A DNA stretch of 59,989 bases, the filler included. It is 6 parts of 6 records of this genome, joined end to end, with 100 filler letters (N's around TTAATTAATTAA, not from the genome) between each part and the next. Parts side by side here need not be neighbours in the genome. Positions count along the whole stretch, not along the records: positions 29,828 to 42,401 come from SRR31156797_7145; positions 42,502 to 48,145 come from SRR31156797_7158; positions 48,246 to 59,989 come from SRR31156797_7163; 3 more parts are not named here. The stretch is one strand, 5' to 3'. The notes beneath the pieces were generated by a model. That model saw only the letters and a list, made by a program, of their open reading frames with translations. It was not told the DNA's origin and searched no databases. A program made the translations under genes and the position numbers. Positions 38,167 to 48,469 of this stretch are shown here, piece after piece (position 1 is the stretch's first letter; the number at the start of each line of letters is the position of its first letter).

Positions 38167-39345
38167 TTATTTCTCATTTCCCCATAGCATTGGGTTATTT
38201 CCTTTAGCTTTACGCCAGGCATCTCTCCATAAATGTATTCGTCCCGGGGCTATTTGAGGCAACGGTTTACGCTCTACTTTGGAAAACGTACGGGGCAAAG
38301 CCGAAGTTTTTTGCTGATACCAATATGCAACAGAAGCCAAATCAAGTGTAAGGTTATTATTATGGCCGTGTTCGATAGTGAATTTACAGGATTTGTCGAA
38401 ATAAAACGGATCGGTAATAAAAAAACGATAAACATGTGTCCTGCCTAACCAACCGGTTTCGTTATTTACTCTTGGATAACCAAAATAAGGATGTTGAAAA
38501 ATCTCCTTTGGGCACCATGAAGTATTAAAAAAGTCTTCGGTTCCAGTACCAACAATTGAAGGAGTTGTTTCCCCATCTATAAAAATCATTTCATCGCCTT
38601 CACCATACCACATTGTTGAAGGGCAATTCACATAATAGTTTACCCCAACAAAATGTCCTTTTCCCTCAATATCGGCAAACAGATAATTACCTTCGCCATT
38701 TTTATTTTCTCCTTGTTTACCAAGCACTCCCCATTCATTTTCCCCTTCAGGCAAGGCTTCTGTTATTTCACGATTATACCAAGCATGGAAACGTCCGTAA
38801 TCTTCTGGAATCTTTTCCATTTCCACATAATCAATATTGAAATAGAAAGCCTGAATCTCTGTTCCTGATTGATTCTCAATTTCAATTTTTGCCCCTTTAG
38901 AAAAAGGCATTGCAAAATAGCTCACATATGATCTGCCATCCGTGGGCGAAACAGCAAGCGGGGCGCTTACAAAGTTGTAACTTTCTTCCCACCCATTTCC
39001 AAAAAAAGGTCCAATCGGAGATTCTACCGACGGGAAGGAATTGCCATCCCAATACATTCGTATAATTATATCGTTACGGTTCAATACGTCTGAAAGAGGT
39101 GCTATTGTTATCCAGATATGATTGATGATACCTGCACCTTCCACCTGCATAATAGTTACTTTTTCTCCGTCTTGTATGTTTGTTAAACGATCGTTGTTGC
39201 CTCCCGTTTTATCATAACTTCCAATGCGTTTAGACTTAACACCTGTTTTGATTTTTGAAAGTGCGGACATATCGTCATTTAATTCCTGAGCAAACAATGA
39301 CACTGAACAAAAAATAATTGAGACAATTAATAATATTTTTTTCAT
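38167..39345 (-). CDS. Glycoside hydrolase family 172 (DUF2961)
   Basis: SYDKTGGNND, GAGIINHIWIT, PIGPFFG, WYGEGDEMIFIDGE, GTGTEDFFN, IEHGHNN, SVAYWYQ. Confidence 0.92.
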   Translation of the reverse strand: MKKILLIVSIIFCSVSLFAQELNDDMSALSKIKTGVKSKRIGSYDKTGGNNDRLTNIQDGEKVTIMQVEGAGIINHIWITIAPLSDVLNRNDIIIRMYWDGNSFPSVESPIGPFFGNGWEESYNFVSAPLAVSPTDGRSYVSYFAMPFSKGAKIEIENQSGTEIQAFYFNIDYVEMEKIPEDYGRFHAWYNREITEALPEGENEWGVLGKQGENKNGEGNYLFADIEGKGHFVGVNYYVNCPSTMWYGEGDEMIFIDGETTPSIVGTGTEDFFNTSWCPKEIFQHPYFGYPRVNNETGWLGRTHVYRFFITDPFYFDKSCKFTIEHGHNNNLTLDLASVAYWYQQKTSALPRTFSKVERKPLPQIAPGRIHLWRDAWRKAKGNNPMLWGNEK

Positions 39346-39448
39346 GATTAACTTTTTAAATTTTAAATGATTAGAAAATTAGGTTTATTCATTCCTTTAC
39401 AAAAAAGCATTTCAATACTCGTTGTTTTTCATAGGCAAAAGTATTTCG

Positions 39449-40879
39449 CTAATTCTGTAGAATTGAATATTTTCGACTTACAACTGCACCATAATAAGCA
39501 ATAATCATAAAAGCGACAGCCGGAACCCAAAATGCCATTTTAATACTTCCTGACTGATCGGATACAATTCCCTGAATCTGTGTTAAAAGAGCTGCACCTG
39601 CAATGGCCATCACCATTCCTGCACCACCAATTTTTGTATCATTACCTAAACCTCTCATGCCTAATCCATAAATAGTTGGGAACATCAATGACATGCACCC
39701 CGATATGCTCATAAGAGAATAAACGCCAATCCAGCCTTCGGCATAAATGGTAACTATGCTAAAAATTACTGCTAATACGGCAAGAATTGTCAAAAGAGTC
39801 CTTGGTTTGAAATAACGCATTAAACCGGTGCATATAAACCTGCCAAGCACAAAAAGAACAAGTGAAAGAATATAATAGGTAGCTCCGGCTTGCTCGGCGG
39901 TACGTGGCAAGAATGCCTTTATTCCCAGCCACTCGGTTACATTATAAAATCCTGCAGCTATTGGTTCAATCCCACGCAGTGTATCCACAATTTTATCCAC
40001 GCCAGAATTAGTTCCCAAGTCGTTAACAACAGCGTCAAGGTTAAACTGCTGCATAACGTACCTGATAATGAAGGACCAAACAGCTATTTGTGCTCCTACA
40101 TACAGAAATTGGGCAAAAACTCCCCACACATAATTCTTATTTTTAATCAACCTGCGGAAAGTACCTGCAAAATCAAGTGTCTTTTCACCTTCTTTCATTC
40201 TAGGCATACGGGTGAAATAAATGGCTAAAAACAGTCCAACCATAGCCAATCCCAATCCCATATAAGTCATCGTAACAGCTTTGAGTTCACCGACCTGAAT
40301 CCGAAGTAATTCGTCCTTTGGCAGCAAAGTCCTTTCCTTAGCATTCATGGTACTTAGTTGGGATAGTACAAATACCTGGCTTAAAATAACACCGGTAATA
40401 GCACCAAAAGGATTAAATGACTGGGCCAGGTTAAGCCGCTGTGTTGCAGTAGACTCATGACCAATGGCGTAGACGTAATTATTTGTGGATGTCTCAAGAA
40501 TGGATAGCCCGGCAAAAAGCACAAACAACGCAAGCAGAAACATCATAAAACTAATATTTATGTTTATATAAGCCAGTTGCATCGCAGGGTAAAACATAAA
40601 CGTTCCCAATGCATACATTCCAAGACCAAGTAACACACCCGACTTATAGGTGTATTTTTTGATAAAAAGTGCTGCCGGAATTGCTAGCCCCCCATAGCCG
40701 AGTAAGTAACAAGCCAATTGTATCCAGGCTGTTTTAGAATCGGTCAGGCTCATTATCCTTTTAAAGGCTGCCAGCATTGTATCAGTCATGTTGTTTGGAA
40801 TCGCCCAGGCAAAAAAGAGTGTGGTTAAAAGGATAAAGGGCAAAACAATGTTTTTAGCAACTATAGGTTGTTTTTTCAT
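39449..40879 (-). CDS. fucP: L-fucose:H+ symporter family MFS permease
   Basis: LFFAWAIPNNMTD, YKSGVLLGL, LETSTNNY, RLNLAQSFNPFG, QFLYVGAQI, MSLMFPTIYG. Confidence 0.85.
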   Translation of the reverse strand: MKKQPIVAKNIVLPFILLTTLFFAWAIPNNMTDTMLAAFKRIMSLTDSKTAWIQLACYLLGYGGLAIPAALFIKKYTYKSGVLLGLGMYALGTFMFYPAMQLAYININISFMMFLLALFVLFAGLSILETSTNNYVYAIGHESTATQRLNLAQSFNPFGAITGVILSQVFVLSQLSTMNAKERTLLPKDELLRIQVGELKAVTMTYMGLGLAMVGLFLAIYFTRMPRMKEGEKTLDFAGTFRRLIKNKNYVWGVFAQFLYVGAQIAVWSFIIRYVMQQFNLDAVVNDLGTNSGVDKIVDTLRGIEPIAAGFYNVTEWLGIKAFLPRTAEQAGATYYILSLVLFVLGRFICTGLMRYFKPRTLLTILAVLAVIFSIVTIYAEGWIGVYSLMSISGCMSLMFPTIYGLGMRGLGNDTKIGGAGMVMAIAGAALLTQIQGIVSDQSGSIKMAFWVPAVAFMIIAYYGAVVSRKYSILQN

Positions 40880-40897
40880 AGTGATAAAATGATGCGA

Positions 40898-42166
40898 TTA
40901 TTTAAACTTATCTGTAATTGAATAAAGGTTTAAATCAAATAGTTCGTTGACCAACCTGGCCATTTCAAGCGGATCCCCCTGCACATGGACAACCCTTTGA
41001 ATGTGCGTAAGGGATTCACCAGGCTGCAGTTTTGCTCCCGGCGAAGAGGTTTCGATCTCATAAAATGGTCCCATGATGGAACCATCCTCTAAGGGGCCAT
41101 CATTATATGCATTAACAGCATCACCTGCATAAGGATCGTCCTGGTCACCCCATTGAGAATTTACATACTCAGCCTTTTCATTGGGTAGCGATCCCCAAAC
41201 CAAGGTAAGGATGTTCTTTGCTGAATCATAACTACCACACAGGTTTTTAGCTCTTTCTGGTGGAATACCAATTTTGCTGCGATAGTTACCATCAATCTTG
41301 AAATAGATAATTCCCGGCTCCACAATCAACCTATCTGATGGTACTTTCCCGAAATACTCATCATTTACAACCTTTCCTTCTACCCCTGTTTTGTATGGAA
41401 TAAAAACAGTTGTAGTAGGAGACGGATTAAACATAGACAATATCCAAATAGACAACAATCCTCCATCTTTGCTCCAGGCATTATCCCCCTTATTGGTTAC
41501 TGTGTTCTTTGACTGATATGCTACTACATCAAAAACATCTGACGGGAAATTCGCATTAAACAGTGCACAAAGGGTATCTTCAGGTAAAAGCTCAATTGTA
41601 CGCTCAATCGAAAAATTGAAGCGGGTACCGGAAGCATTTATTAATTCAGTATTTTTCCCAAAAGTAACATGGGCCGGACTTTTATCCCGAATATCGAAAC
41701 CTTCAGTGTCAATTACCGGAGGGACTTTCCAATTCTTGTGAACCTGCTCTTTTCCTTGTTCAAAATAAATAGAGAACGGGCCTCCTTCCGGTCCCATCCA
41801 GAATCGTTCTTCTCCGCCTACCGGGTTAAACTGTTCGCTCACTTCTCCTGATTGGATTAAATCATAATTAATCCAACCAAAACTATTCCCATGTTCTTTA
41901 TTGGCTGAAGAGGTCATTACCCGCCCTTGATAACCAGGGGCAAGCAAAACCATCGCCCCTGTATTTTCATCTTTTAGCTCTATTATTTCAATGTTATTCT
42001 CGTTTAAAAAAGCAACATCATATCCATAGGTCCCTTGTTCAAAACCATTAATCATTTTTTTCACCTGGTTTGATTTTTTACTTCCGGGAGTAGCACAGGA
42101 AACTAAAAATATTAGTATAACTCCCCATGCCATCTTCCTCATTAGAAATATCTTAGTTTTATTCAT
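40898..42166 (-). CDS. DUF6786-like lipoprotein of unknown function
   Basis: Lipobox FLVSC; GTYGYDVAFL, QGRVMTSSA, SFGWINY, GGEERFWMGPEGG, YNDGP, FYEIETSSP. Confidence 0.75.
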   Translation of the reverse strand: MNKTKIFLMRKMAWGVILIFLVSCATPGSKKSNQVKKMINGFEQGTYGYDVAFLNENNIEIIELKDENTGAMVLLAPGYQGRVMTSSANKEHGNSFGWINYDLIQSGEVSEQFNPVGGEERFWMGPEGGPFSIYFEQGKEQVHKNWKVPPVIDTEGFDIRDKSPAHVTFGKNTELINASGTRFNFSIERTIELLPEDTLCALFNANFPSDVFDVVAYQSKNTVTNKGDNAWSKDGGLLSIWILSMFNPSPTTTVFIPYKTGVEGKVVNDEYFGKVPSDRLIVEPGIIYFKIDGNYRSKIGIPPERAKNLCGSYDSAKNILTLVWGSLPNEKAEYVNSQWGDQDDPYAGDAVNAYNDGPLEDGSIMGPFYEIETSSPGAKLQPGESLTHIQRVVHVQGDPLEMARLVNELFDLNLYSITDKFK

Positions 42167-42190
42167 TTTAAAATCATATTTTATTCACTC

Positions 42191-42401
42191 TTAGCCATAT
42201 AATGCCCCGTAGTTACTACATGCCCGGTAGTCGGCCCCTTCCGGGTCACTCCCGAAAGAATTCCATGAAGAAGGACGGAATATTTTATCGCGGGAAACAT
42301 TATGCATACAAACAGGTATTCGTAACATAGATGCCATTGTTATCAAATCCGCCCCAATGTGACCAAAAGAAATTGCACCATGGTTTGCTCCCCAATTAGC
42401 C
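42191..42401 (-). CDS. fucI: L-fucose/D-arabinose isomerase, C-terminal part (5' truncated; missing from the ORF track)
   Basis: Manual translation [35 protein letters not shown]...RPSSW...[15 protein letters not shown] matches the FucI C-terminus. Confidence 0.93.
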
Positions 42402-42501
42402 NNNNNNNNNNNNNNNNNNNNNNNNNNNNNNNNNNNNNNNNNNNNTTAATTAATTAANNNNNNNNNNNNNNNNNNNNNNNNNNNNNNNNNNNNNNNNNNN
42501 N
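42402..42501. other. Artificial contig spacer
   Basis: N44-TTAATTAATTAA-N44. Confidence 0.99.
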
Positions 42502-43251
42502 GAATTCGAACAAATGGAAATGCAGTTTTTTGTTCGCCCGGGTTCGGAACTCGACTGGTTTGAAAAATGGAAAGAAACCCGAATTAAATGGCACCGTGCT
42601 CTTGGTTTTGGCGATGAAAATTATCGTTTCCATGAACACGAAAAGCTGGCTCACTACGCCAATGCTGCTGTCGATGTTGAATTTAAATTCCCATTCGGGT
42701 TCAAAGAAGTAGAAGGAATTCATTCGCGTACCGATTTTGATTTATCGCAACACGAAAAATTTTCGGGTAAAAAAATTCGTTATTTTGATCCGGAATTAAA
42801 CGATTCTTACGTTCCGTTTGTGGTAGAGACATCGATTGGAGTTGACCGAATGTTTTTACAAGTTATTTCTGCCTCTTATTGCGAAGAGCAACTGGAAAAA
42901 GACTCGCGGGTAGTTTTAAAATTACCACCTGCACTTGCACCTATAAAACTTGCCGTTTTACCACTGGTAAAAAAAGATGGCCTGCCCGAAAAAGCACGTG
43001 AGATTATCGATAACCTGAAATTCGATTTTAACTGCCAGTACGACGAAAAAGATTCGATAGGGAAACGGTACCGACGACAAGATGCCATTGGAACACCATT
43101 CTGTGTAACCGTCGATCATCAAACAGCAGAAGATAACTCGGTTACAATTCGTTACCGCGATACAATGAAACAGGAAAGAATAGCAATTAGCGAAATTGGA
43201 AAAATAATTAGCGAAGAAGTAAGTCTTAAAAAATTGTTTGGAAAAATATAA
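42502..43251 (+). CDS. glyS: Glycine--tRNA ligase (alpha2 type), 5' truncated
   Basis: EFEQMEMQFF, LAHYA, EVEGIHSRTDFDL, ETSIGVDR, SIGKRYRRQDAIGTP anticodon-binding domain. Confidence 0.96.
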   Translation, partial: EFEQMEMQFFVRPGSELDWFEKWKETRIKWHRALGFGDENYRFHEHEKLAHYANAAVDVEFKFPFGFKEVEGIHSRTDFDLSQHEKFSGKKIRYFDPELNDSYVPFVVETSIGVDRMFLQVISASYCEEQLEKDSRVVLKLPPALAPIKLAVLPLVKKDGLPEKAREIIDNLKFDFNCQYDEKDSIGKRYRRQDAIGTPFCVTVDHQTAEDNSVTIRYRDTMKQERIAISEIGKIISEEVSLKKLFGKI

Positions 43252-43287
43252 TTACAAAAAAATCTAAAACCTGCTTAACTTTTATTA

Positions 43288-44811
43288 ATGAATCCCAATT
43301 CACCTGTTAAATCTTGGTTTTTAAGAATAAGACAGACTTGGTTTTCTGATAGAAATATTTATCTGTTAATAGTAGGTCTTGGAATAACATTAAGGTTAGT
43401 CCAGTATTTATACAACCGAAGTCTTTGGGGCGACGAAGCCAGACTTGCCCTTGGAATCATTGATTTTAATGTTTCTATCTTCAAACCTCTTCCACATTTT
43501 CAGGTGGCTCCTGTTTTATTTTTAATGATTGAACGATTTTTCGTTTTCCTGTTTGGGAACAACGAGTTATCGTTACGGGCATTTCCTTTAGTATGTTCAA
43601 TTGCAACACTCCCTTTAATTAAAATAGTTGCTAAACAAATTACAAAAAATGAAAGAATCGCACTTGTATCGCTTCTCTTATTTTCAGTTTCTCCTTTACT
43701 AGTTTTTTATTCTTCGGAGGTCAAGCAATATAGTTCAGATGTTTTCACATTTCTTCTTTTAACTTCCATTACTTTAAGTAATTTAGAAAATAAAGAAAAA
43801 ATATTTTGGTTAACATTTGCCGGAGTTATTACAATTTTTCTTTCAAACATTGCTGTTTTAGTACTTTTCTATACTAATATTTTGCTCTTTTTCAATCAGG
43901 TCAAAAAACGAAAAATAGAATTTTATTTTATCCTAAGTTCAATTATTCTGCTCTTCTTTTTTACTGTAAATTATTATTTCTTTATTTACAATCATCCAAC
44001 GCACAATTTCATGTTAGAATTTTGGGATTTTGCATTTATGCCGGCTAATCCATTTACTCTAGAATTCTGGGAATGGCTGTTTCAGGTATTTATTTCCTTT
44101 TTTAGAAAATTGTTTTTTGTTCGGTTTAAACTTCCCTGGCCTGTTTATGTCTTTACTGGAATTGTTTCAATAATTTTTATTTCTGCAACTATAAAAGAAA
44201 TAAAAAATCGTAATTATACTTTTCTATATTTGACACTTCTCCCTATATTGCTGCATCTGGTTATTTCTTCTTTTCGTATATACCCTTTTGATTCTCGTTT
44301 GATATTATATCTTTCACCCGTTTTTATTATTATTATTTCAACAGGAATATTAAGAACCTACAACTTGCTAAAAACAAAAAAACAAAAATCCGGGCTTTCA
44401 ATATTATCTATTTTATTATTATTTGGAATGTTAATATTAAACCGGAAATATTTCCCGATGGAACAATCAGAAATAAAACAATCGATGAATTTTATTAAAA
44501 ATCATTATGAAGCCGGAGATAAAATAATTGTTTCTAACATTTCCTCACAACAATTCAATTATTATATGAAAACCAGATTATATGATTTTGAGAAAAACTC
44601 CATTTATTACTCCAAAGATTTCAATGAAATTGAAAGTCAATTTTCAGATATTTCCTTCAATTCAAAAAGTGTTTGGTTTATTTTTTCTTATAACTCAGAA
44701 AAGAATGAAAAGGAGGTTATTCAATTAAAAGATAATTTAATGCAAAAAGGAGAAATTATTAATTTAACAGAACCAACCGGCAATTTAACCTTTAATATTC
44801 AGCCAAAATAA
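43288..44811 (+). CDS. GT-C fold membrane glycosyltransferase (PMT/GT39-like)
   Basis: RSLWGDEA acidic motif after TM1, NELSLRAFPL, YSSEVKQYSSD; many TM helices. Confidence 0.8.
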   Translation: MNPNSPVKSWFLRIRQTWFSDRNIYLLIVGLGITLRLVQYLYNRSLWGDEARLALGIIDFNVSIFKPLPHFQVAPVLFLMIERFFVFLFGNNELSLRAFPLVCSIATLPLIKIVAKQITKNERIALVSLLLFSVSPLLVFYSSEVKQYSSDVFTFLLLTSITLSNLENKEKIFWLTFAGVITIFLSNIAVLVLFYTNILLFFNQVKKRKIEFYFILSSIILLFFFTVNYYFFIYNHPTHNFMLEFWDFAFMPANPFTLEFWEWLFQVFISFFRKLFFVRFKLPWPVYVFTGIVSIIFISATIKEIKNRNYTFLYLTLLPILLHLVISSFRIYPFDSRLILYLSPVFIIIISTGILRTYNLLKTKKQKSGLSILSILLLFGMLILNRKYFPMEQSEIKQSMNFIKNHYEAGDKIIVSNISSQQFNYYMKTRLYDFEKNSIYYSKDFNEIESQFSDISFNSKSVWFIFSYNSEKNEKEVIQLKDNLMQKGEIINLTEPTGNLTFNIQPK

Positions 44812-44956
44812 ATAAATAATATTCACTTATGTTTTTCATTTTCCTGAAAATTTAATAAAATGAAATCGTACTTTGCTATCTGCCAAAGATTATGCAATTT
44901 TAAACCTTCAATTATAATATAAATATTAATGGCTAATCCATATAAAAATTCCACCC

Positions 44957-47542
44957 ATGGACTATAAAATAATTCTAAAAAAAATTCTTCCACATATACT
45001 TGCAGTGGTTGTTATGTTTATTGCTTCATCGGTTTATTTCTATCCAGCCTGGGAAGGTAAAGCGTTACAAGGGGAAGATGTAATAGCTGGTTTTGGTAAA
45101 AACCGGGAAAAAAGGGATTTTCAATTCTATGAAAAAGAATCTACCCTCTGGAATGGTTCAATTTTTAGTGGAATGCCCGATTTTATTGGTGCACCATACA
45201 AAGGAGCAACAGCATTAAAAAAAGTATATAATGTTCCTATGAAGCTGGGGATCCCAAGATTAGTAACCGTTTTGTTCTGGTACATGATAGGTTTTTATAT
45301 TTTACTTTTAACTCTTGGCCTTTCGCCACAATTGTCGACAGGAGGGGCCATTGCATTCACCCTAACTTCATACAATATAATTATTATTCTGGCTGGGCAT
45401 TATATGAAAGTTAGCACTTTAGCTCTTATCCCACCGGCTCTTGCAGGAATAATACTCTGCTTTAACCGAAAATATATCTGGGGTTTTATACTAACTGCTT
45501 TTTCAATGGCAATGATGATTGCAATGGCACACATACAAATGATATATTACTTTTTGTTGGCATTGCTTCTTATGGGAGCAATTGAAGTTTATCATCAGAT
45601 TAAAGAAAAAACATTGGTGCAATTCTCAAAAACCCTTGCTGTTATACTTATTGCTGCAACTATGGCAATCCTGCCTAACTATTCGCGACTTATAAATTAT
45701 TATAAATACAACGATCAATCAATTCGTGGAAGTAGCGAACTTACCATTGGCAACGCAGATGTAAAAACCGATAAAGGCCTTGACAAGGATTACATCAATA
45801 GTTGGAGTAGCGGAGTATCTGAAAGTATGATGGTACTTGTGCCTAATGTAAAAGGAGGTAGATCTGGTCAAATTAGTCAAGACAGAAATCTAATGAATAA
45901 AGTTCCCAGACAATACAGAAATGTTATTGGCAATTTTAATATATATTGGGGAGAACAGCCTTTTACCGGCGGCCCGAATTACTTGGGAATAGTATTTTCA
46001 TTACTTTTTTTACTGGGAGTATTCACCATTAAAGGAAAATTTAAATGGTGGTTTCTGGCTCCGGTAATTTTATTTTATTTCCTTTCTTTGGGAGGAAATT
46101 TTTCGGCTTTCACCGATCTTTTTATCGACCATGTTCCCATGTACAATAAATTTAGGGCACCGGTTTCAATCTTGGCAATTTCTGCTATTTTCTTAAGTTT
46201 ATTTGCAGTTTACACGTTATATAAAATCTATTCCGACACAGAATTCCTTAAAAAAAGGATTAAATTATTTATATACAAAGAACCCAAACCTCTTTTTTTA
46301 ATTGTCTCTCTCGGACTGCAAGTTTTTTTATTGATTAATATTCTTTCCCCCGAATTATTTAATTCATACTTAAGTTCTGCTGAGCATAATCAGTTTGATT
46401 CTCTTCGCAACCAACCAGGTGCAGCCAATCAGATTGATGGAATTGTTAATGCGCTTACCGAATTTAGAATAGAAATTTTCAAGGCCGATTTATGGCGTGC
46501 ATTTATATTTGTTGGATTGGTTACCGGGTTATTATTCTTCTTTTCTAAAAAGAAAATCAATAAGAATATTATGGCCGGTGCTATTATTCTTCTGGCAATT
46601 TTTGACTTCTGGGGTATTAGTAGAAGATATGTTTCTATCGACAGTTTTCAAAAAACAAATATGGTTGAAACAGCATATAAATTATCAGAAATTGATAACC
46701 AAATCTATCAATTACAAATAAATTCTGTCCCCGGATTAAATGAAAAATACGATGAGATGGTTGAGAAATATCAACCAAAAACCGATGAAGAAAAACAACG
46801 GCTATTAACTTATACTGTTAATAAATACTCACATTACCGCGTATTCAATACTACACAAGGTCCGTTTCAGGAAAACTTTACTTCGAGTGCACATCGTTCA
46901 GTTGGTGGTTATCACGCTGTTAAATTGCGCCGTTATCAGGATTTAATTGAACACCAATTGGGGCAAATGAACCGGGGTGTAATTAATATGCTTAATACTA
47001 AATTTTACATTACTCAAAATGGGTTACAGGTAAACAGCGAAGCTATGGGAGTAGCCTGGTTTGTCGATTCTGTTGAATGGGTAGATAATCCAAATGACGA
47101 AATTGCCGCATTAGATAAAATCGATGTAAAAAATACAGCTGTTATGCGCTCCGATTTGGTAAATAACCTACCAGGATTTAGTAATGCTGACAATACTGGG
47201 TCAGTCGTAATCAGTGACTATACTCCCGATCGTATAGAATATTCAGTAGATATTCCGGAAGATAAATTAGTTGTTTTTTCTGAGGTATTTTACCCCGACT
47301 GGGAAGTATATATCGATGGCGAAAAAAGTGAAATTTTAAGGGCAAATTATGTGCTTCGGGCTTTGGTTGTTCCGCAGGGTAATCATAAAATTGAGTTTGT
47401 ATTTCATCCCAATACCTATTATACCTCTGATATTATATCTCAAATATCATTCTATATTTTACTTGCTTCACTTGCGGGAGCTATTGGTTGGAGTATATTT
47501 CAATCAAAAAAGAATAAAGTTGAGCCAAAACCAGTAAGTTAA
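44957..47542 (+). CDS. YfhO family GT-C membrane protein
   Basis: WNGSIFSGMP, HIQMIYY, YWGEQPFTGGPNY, MYNKFRAP, GGYHAVKLRRYQDLI, VFSEVFYPDW...RANYVLRAL. Confidence 0.9.
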   Translation: MDYKIILKKILPHILAVVVMFIASSVYFYPAWEGKALQGEDVIAGFGKNREKRDFQFYEKESTLWNGSIFSGMPDFIGAPYKGATALKKVYNVPMKLGIPRLVTVLFWYMIGFYILLLTLGLSPQLSTGGAIAFTLTSYNIIIILAGHYMKVSTLALIPPALAGIILCFNRKYIWGFILTAFSMAMMIAMAHIQMIYYFLLALLLMGAIEVYHQIKEKTLVQFSKTLAVILIAATMAILPNYSRLINYYKYNDQSIRGSSELTIGNADVKTDKGLDKDYINSWSSGVSESMMVLVPNVKGGRSGQISQDRNLMNKVPRQYRNVIGNFNIYWGEQPFTGGPNYLGIVFSLLFLLGVFTIKGKFKWWFLAPVILFYFLSLGGNFSAFTDLFIDHVPMYNKFRAPVSILAISAIFLSLFAVYTLYKIYSDTEFLKKRIKLFIYKEPKPLFLIVSLGLQVFLLINILSPELFNSYLSSAEHNQFDSLRNQPGAANQIDGIVNALTEFRIEIFKADLWRAFIFVGLVTGLLFFFSKKKINKNIMAGAIILLAIFDFWGISRRYVSIDSFQKTNMVETAYKLSEIDNQIYQLQINSVPGLNEKYDEMVEKYQPKTDEEKQRLLTYTVNKYSHYRVFNTTQGPFQENFTSSAHRSVGGYHAVKLRRYQDLIEHQLGQMNRGVINMLNTKFYITQNGLQVNSEAMGVAWFVDSVEWVDNPNDEIAALDKIDVKNTAVMRSDLVNNLPGFSNADNTGSVVISDYTPDRIEYSVDIPEDKLVVFSEVFYPDWEVYIDGEKSEILRANYVLRALVVPQGNHKIEFVFHPNTYYTSDIISQISFYILLASLAGAIGWSIFQSKKNKVEPKPVS

Positions 47543-47543
47543 C

Positions 47544-48145
47544 GTGGAAAAAAATAAAACTAATAATTTAAAATACTCCGTAATTGTAGCGGTTTACAAC
47601 CGGATAGATGAAGTACAGGAATTACTTCGATCTGCAGAAGAATTAGATTTTAATCGTTCGAATTTCGAATTCCTTTTTGTCGACGATGGCTCGAAAGATG
47701 GTTTTCAGGATTTTATTTCAGCCTATAAATCAGAAACCGGACTACAAATAAGAACGATTTATCAGGAAAATAAAGGACCGGGAGAAGCACGAAATAACGG
47801 AATGAAAAATGCTAAAGGTGAGTATTTTATCTATGTTGATTCCGATTGCATGTTCCCTTCTCACTGGTTAAAAACCATCGATAAAACAGTTATTAATAAT
47901 AATCTGGATGCATTTGGTGGCCCCGATACATTTCATCCTTCCTTTTCTCCGCTACTAAAAGCTATTAATTATTCAATGACTTCGATTATTGGAACAGGCG
48001 GAACACGGGGAAATAAGAAATCGGTTGGAAAATTTTATCCCCGAAGTTTTAACATGGGCGTTCACCGAAAAATATTTGAAAATATTGGTGGGATGAACAA
48101 ACTTCGGCACGGACAAGACATGGATTTTTCGCAACGAATTTATGA
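47544..48145 (+). CDS. GT2 glycosyltransferase, 3' truncated
   Basis: YSVIVAVYNR, VDDGS, NKGPGEARN, DxD motif VDSDC. Confidence 0.9.
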
Positions 48146-48245
48146 NNNNNNNNNNNNNNNNNNNNNNNNNNNNNNNNNNNNNNNNNNNNTTAATTAATTA
48201 ANNNNNNNNNNNNNNNNNNNNNNNNNNNNNNNNNNNNNNNNNNNN
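48146..48245. other. Artificial contig spacer
   Basis: N44-TTAATTAATTAA-N44. Confidence 0.99.
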
Positions 48246-48247
48246 AA

Positions 48248-48433
48248 GAGTTTACAATCTCTCAGGACCTGACAGATAATGCAAAAGCAAAAGGCATAAA
48301 ACTCGGAAGAAAAGCTTCACTCAGCAAGGAACAAGTAAATGAAGTAAAGCACATGGTCCATGCAGGGTTTTCTAAATCTGAGATTGCTTCAAGATTCGGC
48401 GTGTCTCGGCAAACAATTTATAATGTGATATAA
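48248..48433 (+). pseudogene. C-terminal Hin/resolvase-type HTH fragment of a serine recombinase (partial or remnant; missing from the ORF track)
   Basis: Manual translation ...NAKAKGIKLGRKASLSKEQVNEVKHMVHAGFSKSEIASRFGVSRQTIYNVI*; the residues before it (EFTISQDLTD) are not resolvase-like. Confidence 0.75.
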
Positions 48434-48443
48434 TAGTGTTATT

Positions 48444-48469
48444 GCAGTAGGTTAAACTTAACCTGACAG
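48444..48469 (-). repeat. 26-bp site B (inverted relative to site C)
   Basis: Minus strand CTGTCAGGTTAA-GT-TTAACCTACTGC, internally palindromic. Confidence 0.6.

Noticed and set aside
6480-48245. Five identical TTAATTAATTAA motifs inside N runs, which could be read as a repeat family
   Set aside because: They are artificial 100-bp contig linkers with six-frame stops. The flanking segments differ in composition and apparent taxonomy, so cross-spacer gene associations are meaningless.
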